Source of the DNA: Delftia acidovorans NBRC 14950
GTDB lineage: Bacteria > Pseudomonadota > Gammaproteobacteria > Burkholderiales > Burkholderiaceae_C
Reading direction: 5' to 3'
Length of the DNA stretch: 32,000 nucleotides
NCBI RefSeq assembly: GCF_001598795.1
Contig: NZ_BCZP01000030.1
Location: 30,279 to 62,278, forward strand
The first letter of the stretch is position 1. Each line of letters opens with the position of its first letter. The notes under the pieces were generated by a model that saw only the letters and a program-made list of their open reading frames with translations, made no database searches and had not been told where the DNA came from. The translations under genes and the position numbers were made by a program. This document shows, one piece after another, positions 26,487 through 32,000 of this stretch.

Positions 26487-27410
26487 TCAGGCCGTCAGGC
26501 GCTGCAGGGCTTCGCGGTACTTGGCGGCCGTCTTCTCGGTCACTTCCTGGGGCAGGCGCGGGGCCGGGGCGCTCTTGTCCCAGGGCTTGCCGTTGACCTG
26601 GGCCTGCTCCAGCCAGTCGCGCACGAACTGCTTGTCGTAGCTGGGCGGGTTCTCGCCCTTGGCCAGCGCTTCGGCATAGCCTTCCACGGGCCAGTAGCGC
26701 GAGCTGTCGGGCGTGAGCACCTCGTCCATCAGCACCAGTTCGCCGTTTTCGTCCAGGCCGAATTCGAACTTGGTGTCGGCAATGATCATGCCCTTTTCGA
26801 GGGCGATGGCCGCAGCTTCCTTGTAGATGCGGATGGCCGTGTCGCGGATCTGGGAGGCCAGCTTCTCGCCGACCATCTCCACCGTGCGCTCGTAGGTGAT
26901 GTTCTCGTCATGGTCGCCCATCTCGGCCTTGGCGGCCGGGGTGTAGATGGGCTCGGGCAGCTTGGCTGCGTTGGTCAGGCCTTCGGGCAGGGGCACGCCG
27001 CAGACCGAGCGCGATTCCTGGTATTCCTTCCAGCCGCTGCCGGCCAGGTAGCCGCGCACTACGGCCTCGATCAGCACGGGCTTGAGGCGCTTGACCAGCA
27101 TGGAGCGGCCCGTGACCTGGGGCACTTCGGCGGGCGTGACCACGGACTCGGGCGCTTCGCCGGTCAGGTGGTTGGGGCAGATGTGGCCGAGCTTGTCGAA
27201 CCAGAACAGCGCCATTTGCGTCAGCAGCTCGCCCTTGCCGGGGATGGGCTCGCCCATGATCACGTCGAAGGCCGACAGGCGGTCCGAGGCCACCATCAGG
27301 ATGCGGTCGTCGCCCACGGCATAGTTGTCGCGCACCTTGCCGCGCGCGAGCAGCGGCAGCGAGGCAATGTTGGAAGTGTGCAGGGCGGAGGGGCGGGACT
27401 GGGTGGTCAT
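26487..27410 (-). CDS. purC: Phosphoribosylaminoimidazole-succinocarboxamide (SAICAR) synthase
   Basis: ORF 26487..27434 trimmed to the ATG at 27410. [11 protein letters not shown]...[11 protein letters not shown]...ADTKFEFG are canonical PurC blocks of the long form. Confidence 0.92.
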   Translation of the reverse strand: MTTQSRPSALHTSNIASLPLLARGKVRDNYAVGDDRILMVASDRLSAFDVIMGEPIPGKGELLTQMALFWFDKLGHICPNHLTGEAPESVVTPAEVPQVTGRSMLVKRLKPVLIEAVVRGYLAGSGWKEYQESRSVCGVPLPEGLTNAAKLPEPIYTPAAKAEMGDHDENITYERTVEMVGEKLASQIRDTAIRIYKEAAAIALEKGMIIADTKFEFGLDENGELVLMDEVLTPDSSRYWPVEGYAEALAKGENPPSYDKQFVRDWLEQAQVNGKPWDKSAPAPRLPQEVTEKTAAKYREALQRLTA

Positions 27411-27428
27411 GTGAGGCAAGGGGCAATC

Positions 27429-27444
27429 TGGCAAAGAGGCTGCA
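27429..27444 (+). promoter_or_regulatory. Sigma-54-like -24/-12 element TGGCAA-N5-CTGCA (correct GG..GC spacing), pointing toward hpf
   Basis: tggcaaagaggctgca, read directly from the sequence. GG at 27430-31 and GC at 27442-43 have the consensus 12-nt register. It lies ~330 nt upstream of hpf and could be a chance match. Confidence 0.2.
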
Positions 27445-27774
27445 GCGGCCGGATGGCTGCAAGCGGCACGCGCAGGAGCGCGATTCTAACCAACGGCGCC
27501 TCACGGTGACGGGCGGCCCTTGGCAAGCCCCACCCCAGGGGCGCAGCCTGGCAAACCCGCCGATTGTGCGCCCAATTGCATGGCGCGCAAAACCCGCCTC
27601 CAAGGCCCTGCACCGTCCTGCGCTATCGGCTTGCGGCGTTGCTTTTGGGCAGACCCCGGCGCATAGTGGATTCGCAAGCAAACGAATGCGCATTCCGGCC
27701 TGCAAGCACCTGTCCCTGCGGATCGTCTCCCTGTGGACCGGGCTGTTTTCATCCAGAGCAAGGAGTGTTTAGAT

Positions 27775-28134
27775 ATGAATCTGACGATTAGTGGGCATCA
27801 CCTGGAGGTCACTCCCTCGCTGCGCAGTTACGTCATGGCCAAGCTCGAACGCATTCTTCGACACTTTGACCAGGTGGTGGATGTAAAGGTCTTGCTGACC
27901 GTTCATAACCAAAAGGAGAAGGAAAAGCGCCAACGTGCCGGTTGCACGCTGCGCGTCAAGGGCCAGGATCTTTTTGTCGAGACCTCTCACTTCGATCTCT
28001 ACGCCGCCGTCGATGCGCTGGCTGACAAGCTGGACCGCGTGGTGGTGCGCTACAAGACCCGCCAGCAGGGCAGCCGCTATGGTTCGGCCAAGCGACTCGA
28101 TGATGCTGGGCTGACCTTGGCGTCAGTCGGGTGA
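27775..28134 (+). CDS. hpf: Ribosome hibernation promoting factor (sigma-54 modulation protein family)
   Basis: ORF 27733..28134 trimmed to the ATG at 27775, with an AAGGAG RBS at 27760-27765. [32 protein letters not shown] is the typical HPF/YhbH N-terminus. Confidence 0.9.
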   Translation: MNLTISGHHLEVTPSLRSYVMAKLERILRHFDQVVDVKVLLTVHNQKEKEKRQRAGCTLRVKGQDLFVETSHFDLYAAVDALADKLDRVVVRYKTRQQGSRYGSAKRLDDAGLTLASVG

Positions 28135-28206
28135 CAGGTAAGGCGTCTGCCCTGTGCGGGCGCTTACAATACCTGCGCTTATGTGGCTGATGAGCCACGC
28201 ACGACC

Positions 28207-28228
28207 ACCGCCCTTCGGGGCGGTTTTT
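28207..28228 (+). terminator. Rho-independent terminator-like hairpin between hpf and ptsN
   Basis: accgccc-ttcg-gggcggt (UUCG tetraloop) followed by TTTT. Confidence 0.6.
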
Positions 28229-28289
28229 GATGGGGGTCAGGGTTTCCCCACGGTTTCCGGCACTGCGGTGCATAATTGTTTCCCGAACC

Positions 28290-28763
28290 ATGAACCGTCT
28301 TGCCTCCATCCTGCCCGCCGCTCAAGTGCTCGTGAGCGTCGACGTCACCAGCAAAAAGCGCGCTTTCGAAGAAGCAGGTCTGCTCTTCGAGAGCCTGCAT
28401 GGCCTGTCCCGCGCACTCATCACCGACAGCCTGTTTGCACGCGAACGCCTGGGCTCGACGGGGCTCGGCCACGGCGTGGCCATTCCCCATGGGCGCATCA
28501 AGGGTCTGACCGCTCCCATGGCGGCCGTGTTCCAACTGGACAATCCCATTGGTTTCGATGCCCCCGATGAGCAGCCCGTGGGCCTGCTGATCTTTCTGCT
28601 GGTGCCCGAAGCGGCCACCCAGAAGCATCTGGAAATCCTGTCCGAAATCGCCGAGCTTCTCAGCGACAGCCAGCTGCGCGAGCGCCTGAAGTCCTGCGCC
28701 GATGCGGCCCGGCTGCATGGAATGATTGCCGGCTGGCAGTCCTCCGCTGCGCCCCTGGTCTAG
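28290..28763 (+). CDS. ptsN: PTS-Ntr enzyme IIA (PtsN)
   Basis: ORF 28227..28763 trimmed to the ATG at 28290. The phosphorylatable His lies in the [13 protein letters not shown] context, and the N-terminus includes [12 protein letters not shown]. No obvious Shine-Dalgarno sequence. Confidence 0.88.
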   Translation: MNRLASILPAAQVLVSVDVTSKKRAFEEAGLLFESLHGLSRALITDSLFARERLGSTGLGHGVAIPHGRIKGLTAPMAAVFQLDNPIGFDAPDEQPVGLLIFLLVPEAATQKHLEILSEIAELLSDSQLRERLKSCADAARLHGMIAGWQSSAAPLV

Positions 28764-28803
28764 TCTTCCAGACTTATTCCTTCCCCTTTTCACGGGCCTT
28801 GCC

Positions 28804-29760
28804 ATGAGACCCAGTGCCATCAGCGCCGATGTCCTGTTCGAGGAGTTCCGCTCCAGCCTGCGCTGGGAGTGGGTGGCGGGCCTGGGAGCCTCGGAGCGCC
28901 GTTTCGACGAGATGGCCGTGCGCTCGGCGCGCTCCGGCGCGGACCTCGTCGGCTACCTGAACTACATCCATCCCTACCGGCTGCAGGTGCTGGGCGAGCG
29001 CGAGATCGCCTATCTGAGCAATGCCACGCCGCAGGACTGCCAGCGCCGCGTGGCACGCATCGTCACGCTGGAGCCGCCCGTGCTGGTGCTGGCCGACGGG
29101 CAGACGGCGCCCGATGCGCTGCTGTCCATGTGCGAGCGCGCCCACATTCCCATGTTCTCCACGCGCGAGCAGTCGGCCTTCGTGATCGATGTGCTGCGCG
29201 CCTACCTGGCCAAGCATTTCGCCGACCGCACCACCATGCACGGCGTGTTCATGGACATCCTGGGCATGGGGGTGCTGATCACGGGCGAGTCGGGCCTGGG
29301 CAAGAGCGAGCTGGGACTGGAACTGGTGACGCGCGGCAACGGCCTGGTGGCCGATGACGCGGTGGACCTGTACCGCATCAACCAGACGACGATCGAGGGC
29401 AAGTGCCCCGAGCTGCTGCAGAACCTGCTGGAAGTGCGCGGCATCGGGCTGCTGGACATCCGCGCCATCTTTGGCGAGACGGCCGTGCGCCGCAAGATGC
29501 GCCTCAAGCTCATCGTGCACCTGGTGCGCAAGGAAACCATGGAGCGCGAGTACGAGCGCCTGCCGGCCGAGCCGCTGACGCAGGATGTGCTCGGAGTGCC
29601 CGTGCGCAAGGTGGTGATCCAGGTGGTGGCGGGCCGCAACATCGCCGTGCTGGTCGAGGCCGCCGTGCGCAATGCCATCTTGCAGCTGCGCGGCATCGAC
29701 ACCTACCAGGAATTCGTGCAGCGCCACCGCCGCGCCATGGAGCGCGGCGACACCTTCTAG
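28804..29760 (+). CDS. hprK: HPr kinase/phosphorylase
   Basis: ORF 28726..29760 trimmed to the ATG at 28804. P-loop GESGLGKSE, and the HprK signature [15 protein letters not shown]. Confidence 0.9.
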   Translation: MRPSAISADVLFEEFRSSLRWEWVAGLGASERRFDEMAVRSARSGADLVGYLNYIHPYRLQVLGEREIAYLSNATPQDCQRRVARIVTLEPPVLVLADGQTAPDALLSMCERAHIPMFSTREQSAFVIDVLRAYLAKHFADRTTMHGVFMDILGMGVLITGESGLGKSELGLELVTRGNGLVADDAVDLYRINQTTIEGKCPELLQNLLEVRGIGLLDIRAIFGETAVRRKMRLKLIVHLVRKETMEREYERLPAEPLTQDVLGVPVRKVVIQVVAGRNIAVLVEAAVRNAILQLRGIDTYQEFVQRHRRAMERGDTF

Positions 29761-29875
29761 CGACCTCTGGCGTCGCCGAGGCCGGGCCGCCTGTTGCCTG
29801 GCCCCCACTGTTTTCAACGCGATTGTTTGCTGGCCGTGCGCCCATGTTTGCGCGCGGTGCGTTGTTGCTGCTTTC

Positions 29876-29905
29876 TTAATAAGAATAATTCTCATTTTCT
29901 ATAAT
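29876..29905 (+). promoter_or_regulatory. Candidate sigma-70 promoter (TTAATA-18 bp-TATAAT) overlapped by a Fur-box-like element (29878-29896)
   Basis: aataagaataattctcatt matches GATAATGATAATCATTATC at 12 of 19 positions by my alignment. A perfect TATAAT sits at 29900-29905. This is an AT-rich island ~100 bp upstream of a TonB-dependent receptor. Confidence 0.5.
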
Positions 29906-29930
29906 TCGGGCAGATGCCGTATCCGGCCTG

Positions 29931-29950
29931 TGTCCGAGTGTGTCCGAGTG
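29931..29950. repeat. Tandem 10-bp duplication tgtccgagtg x2 in the receptor leader
   Basis: Read directly from the sequence. Confidence 0.85.
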
Positions 29951-30000
29951 GCTCCGGGCTGGATGCGGCGCATTTCCTTCCGTCTCGAAAGCCCTCCCGG

Positions 30001-32000
30001 ATGTCTTCCCGTACCCGCATCGGCCTGCCGCGCACAGGCGCCGTCAGCCCCTTCACCCCTGTTTGCACCCCTGTTTGCACGCTCCACCGCCTGGGCACCA
30101 TCGCCCGTGTCTGCGCCATGGTGGCTGCCGCGGCGCTGCCCGCGGGCGCCTGGGCCGCTGACGCCGAGCTGGGCGAGGTCACGGTGCGCGGCACCACCGA
30201 TCCCCAGACCCTTCCCACGGTGGCCCCGGGCGGCCAGGTGGCCAAGGGTGCGGGCCTGGGCGTGCTGGGCCAGCGCGATGTGATGGACACGCCGTTCAAC
30301 ATCACCTCCTACACGGCCGAAGGCATTGCCAACCAGAACGCGGCCACGCTGATGTCGGTGCTGGAAAACGATCCTTCGGTGCGATTCACCACCAACACCG
30401 GCCATGCCTACGAGAACTTCACCATCCGCGGCCTGGGGGTGAATGCCTCGGAGCTGGGCTTCAACGGCCTGTATGGCCTGGCGCCCGACGGCCACGTGCC
30501 CGTCGAGATGATCGAGCGCGTGGAGGTGCTCAAGGGCCCCGGTGCGCTGATGAGCGGCATGACGCCCGGCGGTGCCGTGGGCGGCACCATCAACCTGGTG
30601 ACCAAACGCCCGCTGGCCCAGGATCTCACGCGCGTGACCACCATGTTCAGCAGCGGCTCGCAGCTGGGCCTGCAGGCCGATGTCTCGCGCCGCTTCGGCC
30701 CCGAGCGCCGCCTGGGTATACGCGTCAACGGCAGCACCTCGAGCGGCGACACCGAGATCGACGGCCAGAACCGCCGCCACGGCCTGGGCGCGCTGGCGCT
30801 GGACTACCAGGGCGACGGATTCACGCTGGGGCTGGATGCCTACAGCTACCGCTCCACCATCCGCGATGGCAGCCCGATGATGGTCAGCATGCAGAACCTC
30901 AAGCAGGTCATCGCGGCGCCCGACGCCACGACCAACCTGTTCCCCGGCATACACGCCAAGCAGCAAAGCGATGCGCTGATGCTGCGCGGCTCGGTGGACC
31001 TGGGCGCGGACTGGACGCTGTTCGGCTCCGCAGGCACGGCGCAGCATGCCTACGACGGCATGCTCAACGGCACGCGCGTGGTGCTGCGCGCCCAGGGCGA
31101 CGGCTCGGCCGTGGGCCAGACCTACAACCAGTACGGCTATACCGACAGCACGGCGGCCGAGTTCGGCGTGCGCGGGCGCCTGCGCACGGGCGGCGTGAAC
31201 CACCTGCTGGTAGCCTCCCTGAACTGGATGAACCAGAAGGGCGGGCGCGCGGCCGTGGCCACCAGCGCCAGCTACATCACCAACATCTACAACCCCGCGC
31301 CCATCACGCTGGCCGGCCCCTACGGCGCCATCAAGCAGGAGCGCGACGATGTGCTCAGCAGCCTGGCCCTGGCCGACACGCTGAGCTGGGGAGGCGATGC
31401 CGTGCAACTGACCGTGGGCGCACGCCTGCAGCGCGTGAACCAGAAGATGGCGGGCTACAACGAGCAGGCCGTCTCGCCCGCGCTGGGCCTGGTGGTCAAG
31501 CCCTGGGGCGATGCGGTCTCGCTGTACGCCAACCATGTGCAGGGCCTGAGCGCGGGCTCCATCGTCGGCGCCACCTATGCCAATGCCGGCGAAGTGTTCG
31601 CGCCTTACAAGACCAAACAGTTCGAGATCGGCGCCAAGTGGCGCACGGGTGATTTCACGCAGACGGTCTCGCTGTTCCAGATCGAGCGGCCCTCGTCCGT
31701 GGTGGAGACAGCGACCAACCGCCTGCTGATGGATGGCGAGCAGCGCAACCGGGGCCTGGAGTGGAATGTGTTCGGCGAGCCGCTGCGCGGCACGCGCGTG
31801 CTGGGCGGCCTGGCCTACACCCAGGCCATCCAGAGCAAGACCCAGGGCGGCGCGCGCAATGGCTTCGGCGTCTACGGCGTGCCGCGCTGGACGGCCAACC
31901 TGGGCGGCGAATGGGACGTGCCCGCGCTCCCGGGCGCCACGCTCACCGGTCGCCTGATCTACACGGGCGCCCAGTGGGTGAATTCGGCCAACACGCTGAA
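30001..32000 (+). CDS. TonB-dependent (siderophore-type) outer membrane receptor, 3' end outside the window
   Basis: Absent from the ORF track because it is open at the window end. My translation from the ATG at 30001 gives MSSRTRIGLPRTG...AMVAAAALPAGAWAADAELGEVTVRG. Plug-domain blocks follow: VMDTPFNITSYTAEGIANQNAATLMSVLENDPSV, FTIRGL, IERVEVLKGPGALMSG. Beta-barrel repeats then continue to the end of the window. An alternative in-frame ATG lies at 30118. Confidence 0.88.
   Translation, partial: MSSRTRIGLPRTGAVSPFTPVCTPVCTLHRLGTIARVCAMVAAAALPAGAWAADAELGEVTVRGTTDPQTLPTVAPGGQVAKGAGLGVLGQRDVMDTPFNITSYTAEGIANQNAATLMSVLENDPSVRFTTNTGHAYENFTIRGLGVNASELGFNGLYGLAPDGHVPVEMIERVEVLKGPGALMSGMTPGGAVGGTINLVTKRPLAQDLTRVTTMFSSGSQLGLQADVSRRFGPERRLGIRVNGSTSSGDTEIDGQNRRHGLGALALDYQGDGFTLGLDAYSYRSTIRDGSPMMVSMQNLKQVIAAPDATTNLFPGIHAKQQSDALMLRGSVDLGADWTLFGSAGTAQHAYDGMLNGTRVVLRAQGDGSAVGQTYNQYGYTDSTAAEFGVRGRLRTGGVNHLLVASLNWMNQKGGRAAVATSASYITNIYNPAPITLAGPYGAIKQERDDVLSSLALADTLSWGGDAVQLTVGARLQRVNQKMAGYNEQAVSPALGLVVKPWGDAVSLYANHVQGLSAGSIVGATYANAGEVFAPYKTKQFEIGAKWRTGDFTQTVSLFQIERPSSVVETATNRLLMDGEQRNRGLEWNVFGEPLRGTRVLGGLAYTQAIQSKTQGGARNGFGVYGVPRWTANLGGEWDVPALPGATLTGRLIYTGAQWVNSANTL
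30054..30077. repeat. In-frame tandem 12-nt duplication cacccctgtttg x2 (TPVC-TPVC) in the receptor N-terminal region
   Basis: Read directly from the sequence. Confidence 0.85.

Noticed and set aside
27411-27560. Possible purine or ZTP-type riboswitch in the purC leader
   Set aside because: I could not find the conserved ZTP (pfl) or purine-riboswitch core sequences on the purC-sense strand. A covariance-model scan would be needed to be sure.
28258-28273. Sigma-54-like sequence cGGCAC-tgcgg-TGCAt just upstream of ptsN
   Set aside because: The GG-to-GC register is 11 nt instead of the strictly required 12. The first T of TGGCAC is missing and the site would leave only ~10 nt of leader.
29899-31536. 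545-aa minus-strand ORF antisense to the TonB-dependent receptor, and the 203-aa ORF 29672..30283
   Set aside because: The plus-strand frame starting at 30001 has unmistakable plug-domain and barrel motifs. The others are mirror or overlapping low-complexity frames.

Overview
High-GC (roughly two-thirds G+C) chromosomal segment that looks like core genome of a betaproteobacterium. Burkholderiales/Comamonadaceae is my inference, from the Bug-family binding proteins, the hpf-ptsN-hprK cluster and the overall gene set. I support 30 protein-coding genes, two of them cut by the window edges: corA at the left and a TonB-dependent receptor at the right. Neither edge gene is in the ORF track because both are open-ended. 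Several starts were trimmed from the ORF-track maxima to the start that fits the family N-terminus, signal peptide or RBS. Content, in order: corA; a tsaB-rimI-(UDG-like) operon; dacB; a GDSL lipoprotein; ompW. Then a bounded 'lower-half' inositol-type catabolic cluster: mmsA/iolA, a LysR regulator, two Bug/TctC binding proteins, iolB, an iolC-aldolase fusion and an RpiR regulator. Then tsaC-purK-purE; an ABC-2 ATPase with a 12-TM partner; a YbbN/CnoX-like thioredoxin; a class IV aminotransferase; two LysR regulators; an EamA transporter; a DJ-1/PfpI protein; purC; hpf-ptsN-hprK; and a Fur-box-preceded TonB-dependent receptor. I found no tRNA, rRNA, CRISPR array, transposase, integrase or phage genes, and no convincing defence or other exotic multi-gene system. 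The window reads as ordinary housekeeping and metabolic DNA. The most interesting items are three. (1) The rimI-coupled ORF combines an E. coli psi(HolD)-like N-terminal peptide, a long Pro/Ala linker and a family-4 UDG-like domain whose catalytic motifs appear degenerate. (2) An iolB/iolC-J/iolA module lacks iolG/E/D but is co-operonic with two carboxylate-type TTT binding proteins. (3) There are several candidate operators, promoters and in-frame 12-nt tandem duplications. The many long antisense or alternate-frame ORFs in the track are GC-content artefacts. All homology statements come from reading motifs by eye and from memory of the families; no searches were run.
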